The notes below the pieces were generated by a model that was not told where the DNA came from, searched no databases, and saw nothing but the letters and a program-made list of their open reading frames with translations. Both the position numbers and the translations under genes were made by a program. A DNA stretch of 64,000 bases from Setoptus koraiensis (taxonomy: Eukaryota > Animalia > Arthropoda). Shown in pieces: positions 49,984-61,992 of this stretch (position 1 is its first letter; each line of letters opens with the position of its first letter). The DNA lies in the NCBI GenBank assembly GCA_048013815.1, contig CM106585.1:18042001-18106000 (forward strand), in the 5' to 3' direction.

Positions 49984-52563
49984 GTATGTTTGATGCATTT
50001 GCATAATACCACCATAGCACAAGCACAACAACAAGCACAACATTTAGCGCTTAAAAGGCAGAGTGTCAGTTCACCCACACAAACTTAGATCAAAATAGGT
50101 TAAACCAGATATACCCAAACACGCACACCCACACACAAACACACGTACACACACTCTTACTTTGAACACCTCACATTCTGAATACCTCACTCAAAACACT
50201 CACAAAACAATCACAACATTTGTAACGTTTTTCGTTTTGTGTCAAATGAAGGCTTGAAGAAATGGTGGTGCATTATCTAGAGCTCAGCCTCTTGAGTGTA
50301 ATAATAATACGGTTATTGATAGGACACTAACGAGCCTTGTATATCTGTATGTATACAAAATCTTGTTGGCTTATCATATGATATTACAATGTCACACCAA
50401 ATGAAACAGAATGACACCTCAAAATATCGTATATCAATGTATATAGTGTAATTAGGTGTAAATAAGTTGAGAGAGGATATTCTATTTACCTCACTATTAT
50501 TAGTCACTCATATTATATTATACTCTTGCTGCACCAACCAAGCAACCAAAACCTGTACCAAATGAGAACCAATCATCGCACTACATACCAGTTGATGATC
50601 AATTGATCGAAAAATACTATTTTGATAGTCGATTGATCGAGTTGTCGTTAAACTAAACATCAGCTACAAGTCAGCCGCTTCATTACAAGGCACATCGCTC
50701 ACACTCACACCTACCTGTAGTTATATCCTTATTACAATCACTATTATAATTATTATCATTATTATGATTACCTGTTATCAAATTTTAAGATTTCACACGT
50801 ACACTATTACTACACACATACACATTATCCCTATACATAAACACAAACAAACACACACACACACACGTACACTCTCCTATATCCACTCTTATTCTAAAAC
50901 TCACTCACTTCATAATATAATCTATCTAATATAGTCGATACAAATTAGTCTTGATCGATACTTTATCAGCTCAATGTTTTTCTGTGATAGTTATCTAGTG
51001 TTACCTATCCGAAATCAAGCTTTTTTTTGTCTTCTAAACGTCGTTGTCCGAACTCACTGTATCAATTGACTCTAGCTGGGAGCTCAATTTTCTCTTTCTT
51101 TCTGTCACACTTTCTATATCTCGCTTGATTTCGTTATTCACGAGAATATGTCTTTGATTTGGTACACAGTTGATCACATATCGTCTTAGCCACTAATACT
51201 CCTACTACGGTCGGCACTATCGAGCAAAGTTTTAACCAACATGGAAATGTTGGTATATAGAGAAGCGCGCGATTTGTCAGCAAAGCACATATAAATTAGA
51301 TAGAATAGTCCAAAATAATCCTGATATTGGTATATAGAACCAGATATATTTTTCAGTTAATTAAATGGCACTAAACACAGTGGAAAACTTTTTTTCAAGC
51401 ATGTCCCTGCTCACTAATTAATCAACTACCATTATTAGTTTACAAATCCTTGTTTCACTTTGTTAGCTATTACCAATATCAAATCACTATAGTAGTGAGC
51501 TGATGTTACCATACATCAAACTAGGAAGGTACATTGCCCTGGTGCGAACCACACCAAGTATTTTTATTGTTTCAAGCATAATGATCCCTCTTTCGATGAA
51601 AAAAAAGTCACAATCTGCTAACGCCTTGCCCCATCATGACCATCATGCTTGCTTAAATTAATCCTCGCATTACCTCATCGGGGCATTACAATGCGAAGAT
51701 AGACCCATATTTTGCACTGTATGCTAGTCACACTGATACTAAGCATAAGAATTCTCATTCATCATCATCATCATATCATGATATCATTGATTACCTGACC
51801 TCATATCCTGACGCTACTTTCTACATTCTTCCTATTTTCTCATTATATCATCATCTTCCATAAAAAATCATAAAAACCCCTCAATCAAAATGCCAAATTT
51901 ACCGACTGAAACCACATATGAAAAAACCACTATTGATCTCAAATTATGCCTAATTTGTGATAAAAAAAAAATCATATCGAATCAATACATCCTCATGCTC
52001 CTCCAACTAACCACACACTTACACACACACACCAAACTATAAACCACCACCTACTTGTATCTTCTAAATGCTGATTTTATGATGCTTATATGACATGCAT
52101 TGTTAATCAATGTAATCCTGATTAACGATTATGGCGCGAATTCTTCGAACCATACGCACACTTCTATAAATTCACACTAAACAACCACATTCCTCGACTG
52201 ATCATATATCGTATTGCATCCAACTATTTACTGAACATGTATGAATGATTGTGAACTATGTGTCATATAAATCGAATCAAAACAATGGCATGAATGCGCT
52301 TCCATGAATATTCTTCCGAAACCAACCTGAACAAAATCAAAACAAAAAACCCCGACCGCCGCATTGACCATGAAACAAAATACCAACAATTATCATGATA
52401 ACCGCCGACAAATCTATCATTTGCTGCGACATTTCTCATTACCTGCCACCTATTATGTGATCGACACACACAAAACTGCATTTAACTTTTACTTGACGTA
52501 AAATTATACTTTTAACTGAACAATTATCATTGCTAAAAAACAAAAACGAAATTCCATGTGAAG

Positions 52564-53079
52564 CTTCGAGTTGTGCGCGCGTTTAGAAGTATTTTAGAGG
52601 ACCTAGAAGAGAAGAGAAGCACTCATAGTATTAATTGCCTTCGAACGTCGCGTAGTAATCCTGGTATTGGCCAGACAACAGGGCGTCCATTATCTGAGAT
52701 GGTGTGCATAAATGATGCCGATATTATAAATAATGCCGTTCATCATAATTTAAATAGTAGTACTAATTTATCAACTGCAACAAATACGTCGTACCATGTG
52801 ATAACTGGGCGTCAACAACAACAACAGCAACAAACACAACAACAACAACAACAATCCCATTTATACAGCAATACCTACAGCAATAATCACTCCTCAAACT
52901 CCACTTCAATGTTGCCTACATCAGCACCAAAGTCCTCTATATCAACAACATTTCTACCTACTTTCACAACAACAACAACCACTATAACATCCACATCGTC
53001 TGCATCGTTACCCCAGACTCAACCACAGTCCAGTCATGGCATCAACGATCAACAACAATATGGTCAGTTGATGCTCTGA
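52564..53079 (+). CDS. PMCA: PMCA copy 1, alternative C-terminal exon A (LRVVRAFRSILEDLEEKRS...)
   Basis: Completes the CaM-binding domain in phase 0 after aag|. Read-through to the TGA at 53077-53079 gives a 1312-aa isoform. Possible internal donor at 53063. Confidence 0.9.
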   Translation, partial: LRVVRAFRSILEDLEEKRSTHSINCLRTSRSNPGIGQTTGRPLSEMVCINDADIINNAVHHNLNSSTNLSTATNTSYHVITGRQQQQQQQTQQQQQQSHLYSNTYSNNHSSNSTSMLPTSAPKSSISTTFLPTFTTTTTTITSTSSASLPQTQPQSSHGINDQQQYGQLML

Positions 53080-53263
53080 CACTGTGGCTAGGTGTGTTAA
53101 AATTGGGGCGGTGACATAAACGTATACCTGAAGTTACTGAGCGTGCGAGAAATGCATGCCCAAATACATACACCGACGAATGTTGAACGCATACGTGACA
53201 CCCTATCTAGAGCGGATGGTGTGAATGCGCGCGTGTTTGTAGCAGCCGAGAGACTAGTGAATT

Positions 53264-53269
53264 AATAAA
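53264..53269 (+). terminator. Candidate polyadenylation signal for isoform A
   Basis: AATAAA 185 bp after the stop; a second one at 53515. Confidence 0.4.
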
Positions 53270-54494
53270 TTGTTATACACTACCACATATATACATATAT
53301 ATTATTATTATTATTATTAATTGTTAGGTTGGAGTTTACAAAAGTAACTCAAAGAAGAAGGTATAATGTTATTACTGTTGATAATTGTTATACACACTAC
53401 ACACACACATGTATACACTACTATTTAGGAAGGTGAGATGTGAGCATAATAGTGCTATTGATTGGTTGTACAAATAATGAAAAAAAAACAAAAGCTATAT
53501 TACTATTATTAGTGAATAAACAACTTTATAGATAAATAGTTAAAATTAATTAAATAATAATAGAGATTTATATATGTACATATATACATATACACCGTTA
53601 TATAATACATGCGCACATACCAGGTATATGGGGTTGTTCGAGAGCGATTAGTGATATCAATAGTTGTCAGTCATTGAGTGACACAGCAGCATTATATTTA
53701 TAGGAGGACAGAGCGAGTGAGTGAAGTGGCTTTATTTTACAACCTGCTCTTCACATGCGACATTTACAACAATCATCAGTTCACAAGCAAGCGCCCACCA
53801 TGCCCAGTACACGCAACTTGAACCTCGGCAAGCATTTGTATTTTGTCCTTGGAAACACAAACAAACAAACCAACGAACACAGCGCGCGCTTCGACGGATA
53901 CGGGGCCCCTCTACAGCGAGCGAGCTAGCGAGAGCAGATTTTCCAAAAACACGGCGAAATTCTCTGTGCAAACTGAACTATTCTGTCGGGACTTGCGTTT
54001 TTTTTTTGTGTCCTCTCTCTCTCGCGAAATAGCGATGAACAACACAGTATTAGTATATTACTATACCGTTGTAACGACATTTATTAGATCTATTGCTGGA
54101 GCGCTCGACTCGTCAATGAACTTGAATGGGGCGCGCTTAGTTGGCTGTGTGCAGTAGTGAAAGGAAGAGAGAGAAATGCCGCTGACAAGCCAGTTAGTAG
54201 TAGAGTAGAGGCATCGAATTTATTCTGCCTCGCACACAATGCTTGTTGTTGTGACGTTGTTGATGATGTGATTTACCTTGTTCGTGGCATTTTATTTATT
54301 TCAGGTTTATGGTCGGTCTCGTTTCGTTTTTATTTGCCGAAACATATTACAGTCATCATAGTTTTATAATGGCGCTGTTGAATAATCTCTGTGGCGTCAT
54401 AAACTGACTTGGCTGCCGCATCCGAGAGCCCCGCCAGTGCCTGCTGTCCGGCCGGCCGCTCGCCCGAATGGCTGGCTGACTGACTGACTGACCT

Positions 54495-54562
54495 TCTATT
54501 ATGTAATAGTTATTATGTAATAGTTGTTACGCAGTAGTTGTTATGTAATAGTTATTATGTAG
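54495..54562. repeat. 14-bp tandem array made of D-box-like cores
   Basis: TTATGTAA, TTATGTAA, TTACGCAG, TTATGTAA and TTATGTAG at 54499, 54513, 54527, 54541 and 54555. Confidence 0.85.
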
Positions 54563-55646
54563 CAGCGGCAACGTGTGTGTTGGCCATGGGCGACAAAGCG
54601 GCAAAGCGGCAAAGTGAAGCTTGGCCATTGTTGTTGTTTTTTTACTTCTGCACAATAAAAACAATCTATATAAGCAAATACGCATAATGCATGGCATAAA
54701 ACAACAAATACACATTGAGGTAGAGGTACAGAGAAATAATCCGCAACACACAAACACACACACACACACACTCTCATATCATTCTATTTGACTATACGTA
54801 CAGTATATGATATCTCGGATATATCCGCCAACTAAATCAACTCAAACGATCAAATCACTCAAACGAGACCTCTGTTCTTTTCCCCTGTCCTTCCTCATCG
54901 CCACCGATAGATGCGCAACGGAACGTTGCGCGACTGATTTCTGTCTTTCCTTCCCTTTCACCTTTCTCTCTACACACACTCACATACCCAAACACACACA
55001 CACACACACACACACCAACATTAAAACACAAGTCCCTGCTTGACGGATCCTTGGCCCTCCATTGACTCATCCTAACTATCGTTGACTACTAACCGAATAC
55101 ACACACACGCACACACACACCACGGGCAACAATAATCTGTTGCCGTCACCATCACTACCTCCGCTACCACCACCGCCACCGCCAGCACCACCAACCAACC
55201 ACCGCCACATATTTAATCATTTACTTGCTAGCGCTATGTCACTCGAACAAAAATGCACAAACACTTAATGCCACCACAATTACTACTACTGACATAATAC
55301 ATGAATATTTATTCTAAAACTCATGCGTACATGAAATACTCACACACGGTTCATAAATTCCACCCTATGTAATATATCTGCTGTCTGATCATAATAATAA
55401 TGTCCCCTAAATGATGGCACACACACACTCTCACTATAACACATACACACATTCACTCGCTCGGCCATGAATCAAAACCACTCCAATATCTATCTACCGA
55501 AAATGAATAAACAATGACCTTTATACAAATGTGTGTCGGTGTGTGTGTGTGCGTTTGTGTGTCGCCTCTAAACTAAATGTGTTGCCTACATGTTACATAA
55601 CTTGGCCATTGTTTGACAAAACACTACCGAACTGACTTTGCACACA

Positions 55647-55677
<31 letters not shown>

Positions 55678-57327
55678 TCCATGAACACCGCTATGTACCA
55701 TCGACTGCTATGCACTCGTGAATATTCACACTTACACAACAATTGCACAAAAATTTTGACAAACGACAACAACTTTTGCAATTGCACATCATTATTCACC
55801 GATAAATTGACGCTCAAATTGGTACTGAACAACACACACACACACACACTCACACACACACATACAAACACATACACACACACGTACACACACGCTGAAC
55901 GAAACAACGTGATAACGGACACTTTCAAAATACTACACCTCCGATATGCCGACAATTAATGGAACGTGTCATTACCACCCAATAACTATTCACTCATGCA
56001 GTGGGACAGCTCATTCACGAGTCAGAGTCGAAAGGACCAAGCTGTAAGGAAACAACAACTACTACATAGCTATAGACGGGCGAAAAACAAGTAGCAACTT
56101 TGTACACACAACAGCATGCATTGTTGCGAAGCCGTCGGCCCGCAACCGAACGCTACATAGTTGCAACAGCACTCTCTCTCTCTCTCTCTCTCTCGACCCC
56201 TCTCTTCATGTTGCTGCCTCCGTTGTTGCTGTCGTGCTGCTGTTGTGCTGTTGCATCTAACATATCATCATCGCCATCATTGTCATACATACATACATGC
56301 ATAATGTGTGCAATATTATAAGTAGTTCAGTTCAAATTTAGATAGATTTAGATCAGAAGAGATGGTTCAAATAGTTGCCCGCCCGCCCGTTCGCTCGCTC
56401 GCTCGCTGGCTCGCGATGCTGCCTGCTCTTGCCTTGCAACTTTTCTATTATCATTATTAGTTTCTTTCGACCTCTGACGATTGCATCATGCCGACGCCGC
56501 CACTAGTATAGTCACCCAGAGATGGCTGCTGCTGCTGCTGCGGCGGCTGCCTCATAACGGGCGTGCGATAGCGAGAGAGCGAGAGAGAGCCAGTGGCATG
56601 CTCATAATGCACGCATGTGTCCCCCCCCCCATATGTTCAATTAACTTTAACCCTATTAAATGTGCGCTAAACTAGTGAATTCGATTGCGACTAGTGCTAA
56701 TGATGGCATGAACAATGACTCACTCCATTCAAGATTCAGTTTCAATGGCTTGCAAGTCATTATTATATTTTTATCATCATTGCAGTTGTTGCTGTTGCCT
56801 GTGAGCTCGTTTGGTTTGCCAGCTTGCTGACTTTCCATTTTGCTGACATGAAACAACAACAACAACAGCAGCGGCAACAATGGCCATCCGCCATTCGCTA
56901 TTTAATTAGGTGGCGTATGCATGAGTCATGCGAGTCATCTTGTAAGCAGCAACTTATATATACATATGACTGGCAAGGCACACACTAAATGATGCGTCTA
57001 GCAGTGTGCCAGTGTGGCGATGTAGCGGCCCAGTAGTGTTGTAGTGGATATTTGCAATACACAATGAAAGCATGATGCGGAAGAGGACGAGGTGACAATC
57101 GCATCATTGCTGCAGGTTGCTTGCGCACACGACAGCAAATAGCGACGCACAACAATAACGCTGGCTGGCCAACCAAGAGTGGCTGTCTGAGTGATATGAA
57201 TTATTGATTTGACTTTTGAAACTGTTTGCATCACCAGCTATTATTCTATATTATTGGAATTATCATTATAAACTAACTAACACTTATCATACCCATTACC
57301 TATCAAATTAACTCATACGTTGCATAG

Positions 57328-57462
57328 ATCCGAGTTGTGAACGCGTTCAGGAGCGGGGTAGACGGTCGCTTTGAGCTCAAATCGCAGCTATCCAGATCGC
57401 GCGAACTATTGCGCCAGATACAAGCCAACAGGCCACTGACGGTGTCGCTGGATCTAATGTAA
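57328..57462 (+). CDS. PMCA: PMCA copy 1, alternative C-terminal exon B (IRVVNAFRSGVDGRFELKSQLSRSRELLRQIQANRPLTVSLDLM*)
   Basis: Acceptor tgcatag|ATC in phase 0; IRVVNAFRS is the canonical second half of the PMCA CaM-binding domain. Gives a 1185-aa isoform if read to the TAA. Too short for the ORF track. Confidence 0.88.
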   Translation: MRVVNAFRSGVDGRFELKSQLSRSRELLRQIQANRPLTVSLDLM

Positions 57463-57717
57463 GCATACTCAGCTATATTATATATCTATACATACCCTAA
57501 TGAAGCGACCGATTGTTTTATTCATATTTGTTTGTTCATCATTGCAACCGGCAGCAACACTCAAAAGTGACCCACATGAGCTCGCAAATGGCGTCCTAAC
57601 GAATGGCACAAAGCCGCAAGCCAGCGACCACAAACAAGCGATGGTTGGATTCTTTTGGGCCGGTCAACGTGTCGCCTTGGTTGACTAGTCGATGACAATC
57701 CATATTGTACACGAGTA

Positions 57718-57878
57718 AATAAAGCTAGCATCATTGGTTTACCCCGGCGGCGCTAATTAATGATCAGTGCGCCGCGATAAGCGGCCTCCCACAACGACAG
57801 GCAACAACAGCGACGAGCACCAACAGCGACGAGCACCAACAGCGAAACAACAAGCACAACAATGGCACAAGCAATAAA
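57718..57878 (+). terminator. Candidate polyadenylation signals for isoform B
   Basis: AATAAA at 57718 and 57873. Confidence 0.35.
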
Positions 57879-58111
57879 CAAGTTTCGACTATAGTATTGT
57901 AAAGTATATAATTAATTAGCACACATGTGAACGTGTAAACAAGATTGAATCACTCACCACCTAATATTGTACACACTTGTATTGATGAGCTCAAAGTTGG
58001 GGTAGACACCGCCACTAATCTAAAATATACACACTCGCCCGTATCAATGTACAGCTATACAATAGGTATCACAATCCATTGTTGTACCCGTACCGTTTTA
58101 TATAACATGTT

Positions 58112-58148
<37 letters not shown>

Positions 58149-59774
58149 ACACACACACACATACATACACAAGTAGAGAGAGTGCCTGAACTATAGAAAC
58201 CATCTCAAGTGTTCAATTGTCAATAAGTTATCTTTTCCCCAATATACACTATATATACTTTACACTGTCTTTCCGCCGCTGTCTCGTGTCTATTTTGTGT
58301 CGGTGCAACCAATCAATCCGACAGGCAGCACAATCTTGCCAGTCTTTTTATCATTGCCTCATATTCTGCTGCCTCATAGCCACCGTGTGCAGCGGACGTG
58401 CCAGCCAAGTAGGCCAGCCCGATCTATTGATGGATGCCACACTTCACCCGACAATTCCCCGTGTGTCAGTGGCTGTACATAAGATAATCATCTCGAGCGA
58501 AAGTGTTTTTTACTGCTCTCTCTCTCTCGCTCGCTGTCCCTCTATTTGCTAGAATTTATTCAAATCGCGACTAACGCAAATGCGGCCGCTGATCCAATAT
58601 GTTTGGCCTACATCCACCAAGTCAAGTGTTTGTCTACTCTTTGTATACGCACCGAGAAAGCCAAGCACGCAATATAATCGATGTTCGACTGAAAAGCTCG
58701 CACTGCTCGCTAGCTGTCTGCAGCTTTGCCTTCAAAATGATTTGACCCCCGAGACTCGGGAGAATTGCGCACAACCTAGCACTACTAGGCTAGTGGTGTC
58801 TCCCAGTGAAAGGGAGCCTCTGTCGCTACATTCTACTCCCTTTCACCTCCGTCGCTCCCATGTGTTTGTCACGACGTCAGAGACCGTCGAGAGAGAATGC
58901 TCAAATTGAGTCTTATGCGCATAGCGACTCTACTTGGCGATTCTATACAAATTGTATATAAAGCCTTTATAACAAAGGTGAGTGTGTGTATCTATTTATA
59001 TATATATATATATATATAAAGAAAGAATATATGTATTTATATATATTCTGCGTATATATTACGTGAACGGAAGAATGTTCCAAGAAAGATAGGCTGCGAG
59101 GAACCAACGAAGCGATAGGCTCCGTGTAGCTATTGTCAAGAGCAGGTAAGCTCTCTCAGGTTGAGACTTATGTGCATTGGGGCTTATGTACGTAGCGAGT
59201 TTGAGGAGCAGTTACAAGTCAATCCAAGAACACAACACAAGTAACATATATATATATATATATATCAGTTTGATCGGAATGGATTGTTTTGTTCGCTGTC
59301 AAGTGCATTACCAACGCACGGCTAGCACTGGACCAGTGGCCTAGTGGCCACATGGCTAGTGTTAGATGTGCGCCCAAGCAGTTGCAACACTGCAGTGATC
59401 GCCTTTTTGAATTTGCAGCGACCAGACCTAATTATTACTTTGGAAAATCATCATCTTGTAGTTGGCTATTTTTTTTTCTATCTCGCGTTTTCTATCTCGC
59501 GTTTTCTATCGTTTCATATCGTTGCTTACATCTATGACATATGGAGATAAAGAGATAATTATTAGCTCTGTAATGTGCGAGTGCCAATGAGAGAGGCTGC
59601 CGCTGCTCCAGCTGCGGCCTCCACCAGAGGACCCGTTGCCATTATAGGAGAGAAAACAATGGCAAGGTGATTATATGCCTAATACTGCCTACCAGGGCGC
59701 CCTGCAAAAAGAACTCTCCTAGGTCAAGCAGGGGATGCCCTAACAATTCATTCTACTTCGTTCGTGTGTCTACA

Positions 59775-59790
59775 TGAGTGTGTGTGTGTG

Positions 59791-59852
<62 letters not shown>

Positions 59853-59913
59853 TTCGTTAGCTACCACCACCCACACACACACACTCACAGACACACAGAC
59901 ACACAGACACACA

Positions 59914-59956
<43 letters not shown>

Positions 59957-59966
59957 GCACAAACAC
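59775..59966. repeat. Inverted microsatellite pair (TG)n...(CA)n
   Basis: About 73 bp of TG (59775-59847), a 24-bp spacer and about 95 bp of CA-rich tract (59872-59966). Confidence 0.95.
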
Positions 59967-60203
59967 ATATACACGAACAGGCAGCAATTTCGTTTAGTTT
60001 TTTTTCCTGTGGCAAGCGCACCAGCGAGCTTACATAACAAGCTGCTGCGTCAACTGTACCGCTGAGATTCGTTCGTTCTCTTTGGATGGCAGTTCGCTAT
60101 GTACCTCAGCGGCAGTAGTCGCAGTAAAAAACTGCCCAGTAGTGCATAGACTCTTTGAAGCCCTATGCGCTCAATGGGTGTACTAGTTGCAATAATGGGC
60201 GTC

Positions 60204-60336
60204 CACACACACACTCACATACACACTCACACACACACTCACACACACACACTCTCGCACACACACACACACCCACATATATACATATATTCGTGAGTGT
60301 GTGTGTGTGTGTGTGTGTGAGTGTGTGTGTGTGCGT
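60204..60336. repeat. Inverted microsatellite pair (CA)n...(TG)n
   Basis: CA-rich tract 60204-60277, short AT-rich spacer, TG tract 60293-60336. Confidence 0.9.
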
Positions 60337-60814
60337 ATTTTTATATACGCACATACTATATGCTTATCGAGGCAATTTATTCGACGCTAGCGAGCTTGGT
60401 GTGCGCTGTGTGTCGCTGCTGCATAGCAAGCTGACGGCGGTGCTATCGGTGCAGCAGACTATAGTAGAGCTAGCGACTGCCTGTACAGTCAGGTTTCAAT
60501 ATTCGCACGTTCATTCGTTCGGCAACGACGTTCGATCATTGTTAAGTTCGCTAGACAGATTCGTCCGTTTCGAATCAGTCACATATTTCCTGTTATTATA
60601 TAGACACCACCATTGTTACCATTATTACCATTATTATTATTACTATTATTATTAAAATTATTATTACTAATATTATTAATATTATTATTATTATTATTGT
60701 ATCGCTGCACAACTATCTCAAGTATTATTATTATTATTACTATTATCATCAACGCAAATCAAAATTATTGTTAGAATTGTTTTTATTGTCTAGTATTATT
60801 GCACACACACACAC

Positions 60815-60870
<56 letters not shown>

Positions 60871-60998
60871 ACACTCACACACATACAAACACACCAGCCC
60901 ACGTATCAAGTGCTTAGATTACTGTGTCGATATATAGCATAACCAACATTTTTACAAAATAGTATTAGTGGAAATAATTATTACCCTTGTTAACACAG

Positions 60999-61048
60999 GG
61001 GCACACGGCCGCCCCAAGACGAAAATTCAATTAGAAACTAAAATATAA
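60999..61048 (+). CDS. PMCA: Candidate final PMCA micro-exon (G)AHGRPKTKIQLETKI*
   Basis: Acceptor cccttgttaacacag|; phase 1 matches the donor TAT G|gtcagt at 53062/53063; ends in a class I PDZ-binding motif, E-T-K-I. Confidence 0.5.
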
Positions 61049-61992
61049 TAATAACAGCAGGCCCATTCTCTTTCGTATTCGAGGATGGAAACAAGATATT
61101 GCTGCACTTGCGACAGAACGAATTTTTCAATGCTGCTAATCAATTCAAACGTACAACAAACAGCTCAAAGTATACACAACATAACACAATTGAAACCACA
61201 CCAGCACATCCTATCGAATTCATCCGTGACCCTACTCAATTGAAAACATTGCATCTACACCTATATAAGTTGTGCACCTGAGCGCTCAAAATTGTCACCA
61301 TCTTGCAGAGCGGTGCGAATCATGCCGTCGACAGTCGAACAGTCATCACAACCTGGCCAGAACCACAAATTGAGCAGCAAACGAAACGAAAAACGAACCA
61401 CAATTTAGTTGTAATTATTACTGGATCATCACTGTGAACATCTGAATTAAAGAAAAAGATTTTTTTTTTTCCAATCAAATATTATCACATAGCGCAAAAA
61501 AAAGAAATTCGCTAATTCAAGCTTCGCGCCGCCACTCACGCATGCCTAAAGGTGGTAGTCGAACATGAGAAAACGTGATACAACACACACAGGGGCAAGC
61601 ATGTAATCTATTTTATTTGGCGACTTCAGTGTGGTGGATTCGCAATAGCAATTTTGCACAAGCAACTATAGTAATACACATGAACTTTCTCTCCTATGTA
61701 TCATTATGTGGTAATGCTGCCAGTAGTCCGCGAGATGTTATCACATTGACTTTACTTACATTACATGATTGAAAAGCAGTACAATTCGATTCGTCAACGG
61801 CAAACAACAAAAGTTTTTAACAATAGGGTTCATTAGCCTCATTTAATAACTGGCCACGCCACCATATTAATACTCTCGCTCTCACTAGCGGCAACACTCA
61901 CTATCGAATATTATCTCTCACTTTGTATGAGATAGTACAACACTTGAGGGATACTTAACAGACGAGAGCAACACTTAAACACGAGCACCAAA

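Noticed and set aside
50629-51252. Further site-C cassette candidates (SIDRVVVKLN... near 50630; 63-nt PLILLLRS... at 51190-51252)
   Set aside because: Phase-compatible AG sites exist, but there is no convincing similarity to the CaM-domain consensus and the splice signals are weak.
54305-54361. Possible third terminal exon, VYGRSRFVFICRNILQSS*
   Set aside because: Good acceptor, but no resemblance to any PMCA tail I know; unsupported without transcripts.
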